Shown piece after piece: positions 35,101 through 47,140 of a stretch of 64,000 nucleotides of DNA (within the stretch, counting starts at the first letter, position 1; each line of letters starts with the position of its first letter). The position numbers and the translations under genes were made by a program. Under the pieces are notes generated by a model. That model was not told the DNA's origin, did not search any database, and saw only the letters and a program-made list of their open reading frames with translations. Origin of the DNA: Paragordius varius (taxonomy: Eukaryota; Animalia; Nematomorpha); the NCBI GenBank assembly GCA_964247055.1, contig OZ176053.1:1488001-1552000 (forward strand). The letters are read 5' to 3'.

Positions 35101-37560
35101 GAGCTTTAAATTATATTATATTGAATAATTTTGACGAAAAAAATAATGATGAAATGTATTTTTTTAATACATTAGGACAAAACGTAAAAATATAAAGATA
35201 AATATTTTTTTCTATAAGACAACCATAGTTTTTCAAACCTAAGTTAATCCTGATAAAATACTTAATAACAAGCCTAAAATACAATATACATCTCTTTTTT
35301 TATACTTTGGAATTTACAACAATGAGTTAAATTTAAATTAATCAAGATTAAAAAAGTCTGGTTGTCTTATAGAAAAAAATATTTATTTTTACGTTAGTAT
35401 AATATCAATTTTTACTGTATTTTTGCCCCGTAATGAAGATTTTATAAGCGCCCAAAAACCAGTAAATTCGTAATTGTGGAAAGCTGTGGTCAGCTTTGAT
35501 CGGTTATAACCTAAAATCTACGGTAACTTATTAAAACTTAGAAAAGTGCCAGATAAACAACAATTGATCTAAACTTATATCAGCTCTGTTTATTTTTAAA
35601 AAAAACTCAATACGAGGGGGATATCCATATATATTTCATATAACACGTATTCTTTTGTCCTAAACAATGAACAAACAAACTCTATTGATATGCAGGAAAT
35701 GCCCGAATTTAACCCCTTAAACAAAGGTGGAACTATGAGATTAGGAAAACGCACTACCATTTTTACAAATACCCTTTCTAGTCACAAAAGGCATCAGTCT
35801 TACATATCTAACGTTAAAAAATTGTATGGCGACGTTGATCGCGTGGATGAACGACATAGACATCGATTTGAAGTGATTATATTTTACTTTTTTTACACAG
35901 TAAAAATTAAGAGACACTAATATTTTTTGATTAAATTACATCCTTGCGATATATAAAATCAAAATTAAACCATTGTCAATCAAAAATTGAGTTTTATACC
36001 AATTTACATTTATATTCCGTATTTCTTAACACAAAAAACATTAGGATGTTAAAATACAGTATCCTTTAAAAAAATCAGTTTATTAGTTTTTATGTTTTAT
36101 CATTCAAGGGCCGGAACCGCATTTATTCAGGGTCAAATCTTTTTTTGTCTTAAGTTCTGGTGGTTTCAATGTTTTTGACGAAAAAAATGGTCAAGGGTTA
36201 AAAAGTTCCGGCAAACCTTTGTAATATATTAATGTGCTTAATTAATTTTGATAAAAGGTGCATGTATAAAGAAACTTATAAACAGCAATACTATTGTATA
36301 TATATATATTCAAATACAATTTTTGAAGGCAAAATTATAAATATGGGGTTATTATATTAATGGCAAAAATGACAAAATAGTAATTATATTTCCAACCTAT
36401 ATTATTCCGTTTTTTCATCTATAACTTCCCTTTTTTATCATATTTTGCCTTAGTTCAATAAGGATTATTTTCCCGATTTTGAAGCTAAAGGGATGCATTT
36501 TGTTGGCCAAGACGAATTGGGAGAACGCATGGAAATTATTGAATTGGAAGGTTTTCATTTGATTTTTTTAACCATTATTATATTTTAAACAATTTTTAAG
36601 GAAGCGAAAATATTTTGTCGAAATTTTTAAAACTGTAAAACAGGCCCGCGAAATCGCTAAAATATGATGACAAAATCTTAGAAAAATTTATAAATATTTA
36701 TTAAACGATTTTTATAATTACATCCACAATGGGCATGAAATACGCAAAATTATTATATATTGCATTTGTATTTTGAACAATCCTAGGTAGTTTGAATGAA
36801 ATCTAATAAATAATATATGATTATTCATATCCATAGATATAAATATACATATATTTCGAATGCGTCACGCGAAAACATTTAGGTTGAATACCCCTGCTGT
36901 AAAAAACTATTTTATTAAATTATAGATCACCCATATTTTGTGGGCACACAATTTCACCCCGAATACAAAACTAGACCACTTAAACCTAGTCCCGTTTATT
37001 ACGGTTTAATTTTGGCAACATTGGGTGAATTAGATCAAGTCTTAAATAATAATTCTAATACGAATGATTCCAATCAAATCAATAATGAAATACTCTGTGA
37101 CAATAAAATATCTCAACTCACTTTAAAAGATAATAATACTATTGATATGGATAAAACCCATTCTCAGTGTGATAATTGCTCCATAACTCAACAACAACCC
37201 TTTGTTGAAAATAATCAAAATTCTGAAAATGCAAAGCATAAATTTTGCGACACTCTGTTAAAAGACACACCATCTATTGATAAAAATTATTCAATCGATA
37301 TAAATAATAATCTTGATAATGCTCAAATTACAAATTCTAAACAAACTAATGAAAGTTTTTTGCCCCTAAAACCATCTCTCACTTCAACTAAACCATACCA
37401 TAATGTTTTGAGTATGGTAAATGGCGGTTTGCCCACAAAAACGCCAAATATATCTTATAATCAACATAGTAATAATGGTAATACATCACCACTCCTTCAC
37501 CCTCGTATAATCTTAAGTCAAGAGCGTATGTTTAGTAGTCCAGAAAAAATTATAACTTAA
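29190..37560 (+). CDS. CTPS1: CTP synthase, 14 exons, about 753 aa. Exons 29190-29355, 29390-29560, 29862-29962, 30540-30656, 31389-31469, 31648-31728, 31846-32003, 33456-33588, 33939-34027, 34422-34516, 34805-34965, 35696-35872, 36454-36550, 36926-37560
   Basis: Motifs [38 protein letters not shown] and VPGGFG. The glutaminase triad is present in GICLGMQ and QFHPEY. Exons join in frame (2262 nt). Confidence 0.95.
30679..30987. mobile_element. MITE family A in CTPS intron 4
   Basis: ATTTACAGTTCAAATTCACCC ... GAATTTCAATTGTAAATGGTA. Confidence 0.8.
32144..32390. mobile_element. MITE family A in CTPS intron 7 (right end degenerate)
   Basis: Left TIR TACCATTTACAGTTCGAATT and the family A core. 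Confidence 0.7.
33663..33883. mobile_element. MITE family F in CTPS intron 8
   Basis: ATGCATTTTAATGGTTGCTTATTTCACACTATAGT ... ACTATAGTGTGAAATAAGCAACCATTAAAATGCAT long inverted repeat. Confidence 0.8.
34089..34382. mobile_element. MITE family D in CTPS intron 9
   Basis: GGACAAAACGTAAAAATATAAAGACAAATAT ... ATATTTGTCTTTATATTTTTAC inverted repeats. Confidence 0.75.
35174..35417. mobile_element. MITE family D in CTPS intron 11
   Basis: Same inverted repeats, right end TTTTACTG|TA. Confidence 0.7.
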
Positions 37561-38729
37561 ATTGAAAATTTAATATTTCGATTTTATTTGTCAATCAAAA
37601 TATTTTTATGGTAAAATACAGGGGCGTATAACACATGAAAAAAAGGATTTATTTTTGTAACTTTTAAATTAAAAGTCATGCATAGAGAGGAACGATATTT
37701 TTAATGCGTGTAATATCAAAAATCATTCTTTATTATAAAATGTTCATCAATCTTATATATATATATATATATCACTAAACCGACGCTGCTTAGAAAATCC
37801 AAGGTTCTTTATTGCCCCTTTTTGTCAAAAATTTAAAATTTTAGTTTTTAAATTGACGATTTTTATCAAAAAAAATTAAACTTTCAACTTTTATGCCCTA
37901 TTTTTTCAATTTTTTATTGTACTACTATGCCCGCTTTCATTTTCTTCCATTTTTTATCAAATTCCAAACCTTATAAACACTTTGTAAATTATATATACTA
38001 ACTAACCTCTCGGTGTATTAAAAAATCTTCATCACCGGTAAATTTACATCTATCTATAACACAATCATGTAAGCTCTACTATGTTTATATTGTTGTAAAT
38101 TATATTATCGTTTATTCTAAAAATTATCAAAAATAATTTTTTCACCATAATAATCATGTTGTATACATCCACATACTCTAATAAATAAATTTGTAATTTT
38201 TATTATTAGAATATCAGCATACATATATATATTATATTTTTAAGAGTTGGTATAAATAAACTTGTATTATGAAAACTTTAAATAGTTTTATTATAAACAA
38301 TTGTTGAAAAAAACTTGAGAAATTTACAAAAAAACAACCGTTCTTTTCAAAAACTTGATTTATGCAACATAATTATACTTTTATAATTGAATAATTATTA
38401 GATTACATTTCAAATTCCCGTTTTTCGAAACTCAAAACTATGATATATATAAAAGTTAAGTTTTTAAATGTCTCTTTTTAAATAATATATTAGTCTTTAT
38501 ATCAATATAAATTTGATTTTTACCGTATTATAATTTATAAAAAATGGTGTTATTTATTTTGGATGTAATTTATATGATCATCATAATGTATAAGTTATAA
38601 TAATTTGTAAAATTTATTCTTAAAATATACTATTATAAAGTAATGAGTATTTGCATAATATAAACAAAATCTAAATTTTATAAAATTTAATAAGGTTGTA
38701 TAGTAATATTATTTCATACAATAATTCCC

Positions 38730-40318
38730 TTAACTATCATATTCAATGTAACCGTATTTAGACATTATAGATTGTAATCGGTCATATCCGCTATAATAAT
38801 AAACGCATGGGTATAAATATATAGCAAAATAGTTAATGTCTAAATTCAAAAGGACCAGTAAAGTAGTTAAAATTATGAAGACTGTTTTATATAGAATTAC
38901 AGTAAAAATTAAACGTAAAAATATAAAGACAAAAATATTCTTTACTAAAAGACAACCATACTTTTTAAAACCTTAATTTTTCATCTATAAGCCATTACGA
39001 ATGTAAGATAATTGGTTGTGTTATTAATATATATCTGTATTTCAGACTTTTCAATATTAAATAATATGTTATCAAAAAATCAAGATTTAAAACGTATGTC
39101 TTTTAAAAATATTCGTCTTTATATTTTGACGTTTTGTCCAAATACAGTAAGTATTTTAGCAGCTATTAGGAGGGCAGAGTTACGATATTAGTTTTCATTG
39201 ATAATTGGTAAAATGTATCATTTATGTAAAATATGAACATTGTTAGGATGATATCTTACATAAAAAATCATTGCATCAAACGGATTACAAAAAAATCTAA
39301 ACATATTTTTTAACATTGTAAACAATCGATTGTGATATTACCAAATAAAAATAATTTTGACAAAAAGAATTTGATGGCCATACAATTTTAATAAAGAAAT
39401 AATTATGATCCCGCAAAATTTACACCGTATTGCATAACAAAAGATTATATTAAATATGGACAAATATTTGGGACGATTATAAGAAAAAAATGTTAAAAGT
39501 AAAAAATATTTACAAAGCGTTATTGCAACCAACTCCTGTCCTTTAAATAATTAATAACTTAAAAAACGCTCTTAAAACCGTTTTAAATAAAAAATAAACT
39601 ATAATGTCTCAAACTAAAATTATAGATAATACCATCCTTTCCGGACAATTTTATATCTCTTGGGTTGTGTTAAATCAACTACAGTTGAACCTTCATTTTT
39701 ATCGTTACCATTTTCATTGTAAATGGGACCACCATCAACAATTAAATCCAAAGCGTCCCATAAATCTTTAAACATATCAATCGTAATGGAGTTTGGACCA
39801 TCAGATAAATTTGCTGATGTTAATGCTAATGGGCCAAAAGATTTGAGAAATGTACAAAGTTCAACGACAAACGTATAATTTGGAATTCTTATACCAATAC
39901 TATCTGGTTGAGATGGATTCAATTTATTATTTAACAAAGTTTTATTACGTTCAACAATCAATGTATATGGCCCTGGGAGAAGTTCATTCAACAATCTGGT
40001 ATCTAATACTGTTTTTGAATATCTAATATTTTACAAAAAAATACTTTGCAAATTCTAAGATATCGGCAACGCATATAGCTAAAGGTTTTCGCGTATTTCG
40101 TTGCTTAATATCATATAATTTAGTAACAGATTCATGGTTATTAACCAACCCTGCCACACCATATATTGTGTCTGTTGGTATTGCAATGATACCACCGTTT
40201 AATAAAGTATCAGCACATATCTTCAATAAATCTGTATTGTTATATATGAAAAGTTACCATTAGATTCCCTGTTAAGTATCTTTGGGGACATCAGAAGCTT
40301 TTGAAGTGGGAGACGCAT
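38730..40318 (-). CDS. YRDC: Threonylcarbamoyl-AMP synthase (YrdC/Sua5 family), about 232 aa. Exons 40318-40258, 40231-40045, 40022-39633, 38790-38730
   Basis: Motifs IIAIPTDTIYG, K.R...KPLAIC, LLPGPYT, IGIRIP, LTSANLS, STVVD and a terminal RKGC...KYG. Exons join in frame (699 nt). Confidence 0.9.
38900..39145. mobile_element. MITE family D in YRDC intron 3
   Basis: TA|CAGTAAAAATT...AAAGACAAA with the inverted counterpart near 39110-39140. Confidence 0.7.
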
Positions 40319-41131
40319 GCTGTTGTAACATATTAAAATGTGGGTGCGAACGTCAGAAGATGTAACAGAAAATTTTTAGTATAAATTTAACACAGCGCAA
40401 TCGAAGCGATAAATATTTTTATATAATTAAACTCTGTTTAAAAGCCTATCAAGATTCTCAAGGTGGTATTGGCATGTCTCAATTTATGATTATGTTCATT
40501 TTTATAGAAATTAAACGTTTAATTTCAATAGCTCACGTTGTGGTAATTTAACTTTTTGGAGAGAAGATAAAAACTTATAATGTTTTGGTATTTATAAGAA
40601 TTTGAGAAGATTTAGGTCGGTAATTTTTTATCAAAAGTGCGTGATTAACTAGACTGAAGCATGATACTTTGTAGTTTGCTTTTAAATTTTGTAAAAATGT
40701 ATTTTATAGTATTTAAAGGTACCTTTATATTCACTTTTTCTTTATAATACGATGAACAGATGATATTATTTTAATTAATTAATTTGATTAGTTTCTTTTG
40801 TAGGAAAAATATCGAAAATTAAGCGATAGAACCTCCCAAAAATATGTATTTAGTAAGCTTCTAATTGCCCTCATTATAAGTAAAAATTATTTTAGATTCT
40901 TTCGAAAAATTATTAACTTCTTAGATACATAAACCTGAAATTGGGTCTTTCGGGAAGCCACCAGAAAGTACTCATCAAATAATTTAAATGCTCGAAATTC
41001 GAAAACGGAAAATTTTTAGTACCATTTCTTTGGTTTGATTATAACCTAACTTAAGTAATAGGAAAATATTATTTTATAAGACAGCTCACACACGGTTTAA
41101 ACTACTATTGAATAAAAGATAGTATTTATAA

Positions 41132-42399
41132 CACTAGACAACAAATTTTGTGCCACAAGAGTTTTTTACATTTTCTGATATTAACACTTGGATACAACAC
41201 ATTCATTTTAGTCATTCGATTCAAATTGGGGTTTAAGTAGCCCAGGTCTGTTTAAAATTAAATTCTTTAAAAAATATGGAAGATTGAAACCATGGCAAAA
41301 TCTTGCACTTATATAACATTAATAAACCGAAATATATAAAAAAATTTCAAAAATTGATATTATTTGTTTTAAGCTAAAATTGAAAGGTAAAAATTTAGTC
41401 AAAGTGGCAGTGTGCAATGGTAAAATTGAGAAATACAAAATAAACAGCCTTTTCTATTTCTATCAATGTAGATGTAATTTATATAAAAAATTAACTTTAA
41501 TTTTACCCTTATAAATTAAGATGATATTTTGCAAAAAATTGAATAAAAATGGCGTCGAAGTAGTTTGACTGAAACTTTTTTTCAAAACAAAATTTTAATT
41601 AAATATTTTGGCATATTTATATAATTTTTATTAGGATAGAAGCATCAATTTAAATTGGGACGTTTCCTTCAGTAGTTTTTTAAAAAATCCTAGTGGTGAT
41701 TAGATACCTCAATTCGAAGTGTCAACTATATTTTTAACAGTAAATCTGTAAAAATTATACTTATTAGACTTTTTTATCATATGATTTTTATAATTATGCG
41801 CCCTCATTATTAAAATATTCCTAAAATTTTTTTTTTAAAAAATATCTAACAAATGTTCATTTTATACCTTTCGAAAGAGTAATGAAAACTTTATATATAC
41901 ATCGATAGTTATTATTCGAGACAAGCGACAAAGCCGTAAAGCGAAAGCGTTTTTGTCAATTAATATATTTTTGAAAATGGATTAAACTAGCTTAAACTTT
42001 GTGTATATGGCAATGAATGTTTAAAAAAGGAACACAATAAAGTTTTATTGATTAAAACACTTATATATTGCTTAATGACATTTAAAACCCTCAATTTTAA
42101 TTTTTTATTTTTTTAAAATACCATCTTACTAATATTTATTATTTAAAATAACTTATACCACTTGAAAGATTCAGTCTTTTCACTCTTTTCGAATGATTGT
42201 GATACTAGGCTTATATCTAAAATTTTAATTTTGAAAATTTTGAATACAATGTTAAATCGGGGCTAAAAATTTTCGATAAACCCCCAATAATAAAAAATTC
42301 TTAAATGTTGACCATTTTTTTTCAGATATACTATTTATGTACTTTAATGATATAAATTTCAAAAATGTCACTTAAAAAAGTCAAAATTGTTGTCTAATG
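41132..42399. mobile_element. Non-autonomous CMC/Chapaev3-like DNA element, copy 2, with a nested TTAA element
   Basis: TIR CACTAGACAACAAATTTT / AAAATTGTTGTCTAATG and a 3-bp TSD TAA on both sides. The interior is homologous to 23055-24164. Confidence 0.75.
41185..41721 (+). mobile_element. Family H MITE nested in Chapaev3-like copy 2
   Basis: TTAA|CACTTGG...CGAAGTG|TCAA, colinear with 21048-21626. Confidence 0.7.
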
Positions 42400-43415
42400 T
42401 AATTATTTATCATATATAGCCGTTTTCACAACTTCATAAACCAAAATATAAATGAATATTATTAAAGAGAGTACAAAAACCGGCCATTAAACCATGGCGT
42501 AGAATAATATATTTTGGACTGAATATATAACTTAAAAACTAAGAACAAACTAAAAATAAACTTTAGCCGCTATTTTCATAAATTATCCCATTTAATTTTT
42601 TACTATTATAAAATTATATTAAAACGCAAGTATTGATAATGACTTTAGTCATTATACTGATTATTGAAAGCATCACCTCGATATCAAAGGCTTCAGGGAT
42701 TTTTCATTTCATCAACATTACGATAATTCTTTGTCGTTTTTTTTTTCTTGCATTTTTACTAAGAGTTAAATAACCTTTTTTATATATCTCCTTTTTTCAT
42801 ATTAAATGATATATATATATATACCGATACTTGTAATGTAATATTGAATTAAAATAAAATATTTTGAGGTTTTATATTTAGTTTTAATTACAAAATGTCT
42901 AATTAAGCGAAACATGATATTTTCATAATTATAAAATAAAATAATATTTTGAATGTATCTATATTTATATTAAAAATTAATTTTTTTACTGCACCAATAA
43001 AATAAATTACGCTTGATTTGTCTTTATGATATATAATTATAAAACATATTTGGTTGGCGACACAGAATTAAATTTATATTAAATACCATTTGAAAAGTAT
43101 GTGGTTTAAAATCGAATGTTACCTATTAATAATAACATGTTGTTGAATATCATATTTTATTTGCGGCGTCATTTGCCAGAAATAACTTTATTATGTTTAT
43201 CATCTTTCTTTGTTGCCATTTATGATCCCTATCGCTTGGGCACTTAACAACAGTTTCTTGTTATTTAATAATAATAATAATACAAATAGTTTTGATAATT
43301 CTAAATCCCCTAAAAATACGATATATTAAAGCAAAATTGGATAAAAACCAAACTAATAGCTCATACACTTTGGATAAGTTATTATCAAATCCCGTATGCT
43401 CATCTAAAATCCGAA

Positions 43416-46400
43416 ATGATAGCTGCCTGGAAAACTTTTAAATTCCTTATTCTGGCCATTCTTATGGCTTGTGTGCTTGCAGCACTTTTAGGCATCGATT
43501 ATTCACGACAAATAAAATTTGCTCAAAATGCTCAAAAAACACTGGCAGAACTTATGTTTCGTGAAGTGGACTTTGGTCCATCTCAAGGACAACAGAAGGA
43601 TTTTTTACAGGTATGTTATGTAAGTATAAATGCATATTATGTAAAATTTTATCTAAACAGAGCTAATAATTAAACGTTTATGCAACTCAAAAATAGACTT
43701 AAAATATTGAGGGCACCCCGAATTTACATTTCAATTATATACAGTAAAAATTGAAATCAGACAGACAAAACGTAAAATCATAAAGACAAATGTTTTTTTT
43801 TCAAAACGCTGTATTTTTTAAACCAACCTTGTTTCTTTATCATATAAATTAATTAATTACAAACGTAACATATATTATTGTTTGTGTTACCAATATACAT
43901 CTCAATTTCTTTGCAATTTAAAATATGAGTTATATTAAAAAAAATGAAAAAAAGTACAGAGGTGAAAAAATTTTTGTCTTTATATCTTCATTCTTTCTGC
44001 ATGTGATGCGATATATAATATTCACAATTACAAATTAAATTCATTAATTTTTATTTATGTCAATGTCAAAAACAGATACTACTTTTTGAAATTTTAACGA
44101 TTCAAATTGGGGTATCTAAATACCCCAGACTAAATTTGTAGGTTTTTTAAAAACTACTGAAGGAAACGGTCCCAATTTAAATTTATGCTTCTATCCTAAT
44201 AAAAATTTAAACATGCAAACATATCTAAATAAAATTTTGTTTTGAAAAAAAAATTCCATGTCAAACTAATTCGACGCCATTTTTATTTAACGAAATTTTT
44301 GCAAAATATCGTCTTCATTTAATTTTAAGGGTAAAATTAAAGCTAATTTTTTATTTAAATTACATCTTACATTGATAAAAATAGAAACGTATTTTGTATT
44401 ATTTTTTAATTTTACCATTGCACACATGTCAAGTTGACTAAAATTTTACCTTTCGTTTTAAGCTTAAATAAGTAATATCAAGTATTTTTTAATAAAAAAT
44501 TTTATATATTTCGCTTTATTAATGTTATTTAAGTGCAAAATTTTGCCATGGTTTCAATTCCTTCCGTATTTCTTAAAGTATTTAATTTTAAACAGGCCTG
44601 GGGTATTTAACTACCCCACTTTGAATCGAGGGACTTAAATAGTGTTAAGCATTCCAAAAATAATAAAGTTTATCCCAATTTTCCAACTTTTCATTTAGTA
44701 TGAAATTATTAAAAACTGACATTATATAGACAATATATAAATTTAAAAACAACTATTGTTTTTCCAAAAGAAAACCATACTTTTTAAATTTTATTATTTT
44801 TAATATAACTCATTATTTAAATTTGCAAGTATAAAATAGAATTGTGTATTGTAACACAACTAATTAATATATTTTACGATTGTAAGTCAATAATTTATCG
44901 GAAATTAAGGTATAAGAAATACAGCGGTCTTTATAAAAAATATTTGTCTTTATATTTTTAGGTTTTGTCCGTATAATTTCAATTTTTAATGTAAAATATA
45001 ATATAGCATTAACATAACATTAACTTATTAGATAAATTGCTAATAACCCGTTATAAATTTTATTTTTACATACATAATAGTTACTAGAAGGGACATCAGA
45101 GTATGCTACGGCACCAGATTGCCATGCCGTTTGTGATATTGATCCAAATCATTTTCCCATTGTGGAAGCAATCCGGGAACATCGAATCCCGTTGGATTAC
45201 AAACAACAGCCATTCATTCAAAAACCGTTTGATTGCATTGAAATACTTACGCGGATGAGTATAAAATCTGGCTTGGGGCCCAATGAAAAACCGCCAAAAA
45301 ACCCACCAAAACACATGCTTGCTAATTTTGCAATGGGTGGGCGAATGCCCATTAAAGAACACAGATACTTTGATCGAAATAAATATGATCCGGCGCTTGT
45401 AAGGGTCGTTTTAACGCTTGAAAAGATTCAAAAATTAGAGGATCAAATCGAGAAGGGTACGTTGAAAGGAACGTACGGCACTAAAGTGGTATACAAACTC
45501 CATGAAAAACTCACCAAATACCTCCGTAAACTCTACAGGTTACATGAAATGCGTGGTTTTGTCATAGGGAGTCAAAGCTTTTGGATAGAAGCTTTGCTCC
45601 TACACATAGGGATAGGTAGGACGACAACTTTTGAATGGGCCAACATTCAAAGCTTTCACCCGAAAATGGATTCAGCTTTCCCATACAAATTTGCATCAGA
45701 TCTGTTGAAGGCCACATTACTCTCAGCTCAGCCCAGGGAACAATTGCGTAAACATCAATTAGAGCAGGGAGGTGATGATGATGGTTTTTACATCGAACAA
45801 ACGCTAAACATAAGTCAGGTCCGAAAATATGGCTGGCCAATATTTGATGTTGGAGTTTCGTATTCTTCGCTTGAACATTCGGGATTAGGGAGGTATGGGG
45901 ATGCCTTAAACCCGTTCGGAGATCTGGAAGCTATGGCACAAGCTTGGTGCCTTACCAAACCCGGTGGACTTTTTTTCTTAAACGTGCCATACACACCAAA
46001 GTTAGAAGGTAATATATATTTTTATACTTTTTCAATTAAAACTGTAATTAAAAGGTTAATAAATTTTAAAAACGAAAGTAATCTGTTTGAAATAGGACAG
46101 TTATTGATAGCGTGCATTAATCAAATCTATCCTACTTTGTAAAATATTTTTATTTCGGAATTTGCGCACTAAGAATTTGTAAGCCTAGTGCACAAATCTT
46201 TAATGCATCCCTTATATTTTCTGAAATTATTAATAAAATTCCGTTTTACATTTATATGCTTTTAATTCAAATCCTTTCGTTGCTTACTGAAACTTGTCAA
46301 ATATATAAAATAATAAAAAACGATTTATTTTTTACTATTATACATTTATAAATAAAACCAATTAAAAGTATTTAACTATTATTATTATTGTAGGTCACAT

Positions 46401-46542
46401 AGTTTGGAATGCCCATCGGGTATATTCCGTCGAAAGATTATTACACATGGCTGCTAATTGGATTATAGTTGAATATGTGGATGAACCCGAAAAGTTCGGA
46501 GTAACTGACAAAATATTAGTCTTGCAAAAACCGACAAATTAA
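43416..46542 (+). CDS. DUF268-family (methyltransferase-like fold) type II membrane protein, about 423 aa. Exons 43416-43610, 45081-46008, 46394-46542
   Basis: An N-terminal hydrophobic anchor (FLILAILMACVLAALLGI), followed by FVIGSQ.FWIE, SYSSLEHSGLGRYGDALNPFGDL, KPGGLFFLNVP and WNAHRVY, which are the characteristic DUF268 motifs. Exons join in frame (1272 nt). Confidence 0.8.
43742..44010. mobile_element. MITE family D in DUF268 intron 1
   Basis: TA|CAGTAAAAATTGAAAT...GACAAAACGTAAAAT and an inverted TTTGTCTTTATAT. Confidence 0.7.
44097..44644 (-). mobile_element. Family H MITE in DUF268 intron 1
   Basis: Reverse-complement match to 21048-21626, ending AGTG|TTAA. Confidence 0.7.
44712..44992. 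mobile_element. MITE family D, second copy in DUF268 intron 1
   Basis: Right arm TATTTGTCTTTATATTTTTAGGTTTTGTCCGTATAATTTCAATTTTTA; left arm degenerate. Confidence 0.65.
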
Positions 46543-47140
46543 AATTTTAAGCTTCAGAGTTTATATAAACTTTTAAAGGCGAGGGGTGCTAATGTGGAAT
46601 TTAAAACACAGTTATGACATCCAATTATATATATAAATCATGTACACAATATTCCTTGGTGATACCATATAAAAATAAATGCAATATAAATTTATAATTT
46701 GTTATAGCTAATGTAATTTAGGGAAATGGATTATATATGTTTATTTAATTAGGTATAAAAATTTAGCACTTGTGCTTATACAGAGATGTGTTTTATGGGC
46801 GCATATTATAGATAGATATTTTTTTTAAAAATAATAATTTCAAATTATTTTGTTTGTCGAAACGATAATGATTAAATGATTATTTTAATAAGCTTCATAA
46901 TATAATGCTATCGTCGGTTCATTCCCATATAAAAAACTTAAAGTATTCGGTTTTTATATAACTTTATATTTTTGCAATCCAAGTAAACAGCAAGTTATTA
47001 AATATATCATAATTTATTAGTTTTAGAGATATTGATATTTTTGTAATCCATTCGTTAATAGCAATTAATACATTTCATATTTATGAATCCTAATTAATAA
47101 GTAATATATATATATATATATATATCTATTCGCAAAGCCT

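Noticed and set aside
39614-39632. Candidate 19-nt intron (GTATTATCTATAATTTTAG) at the end of YRDC exon 3
   Set aside because: Splicing here gives GCLRHYSLFFI*, with no family similarity. The acceptor at 38791 gives GCGYDRLQSIMSKYG, which matches the conserved YrdC C-terminus. At most a minor alternative.
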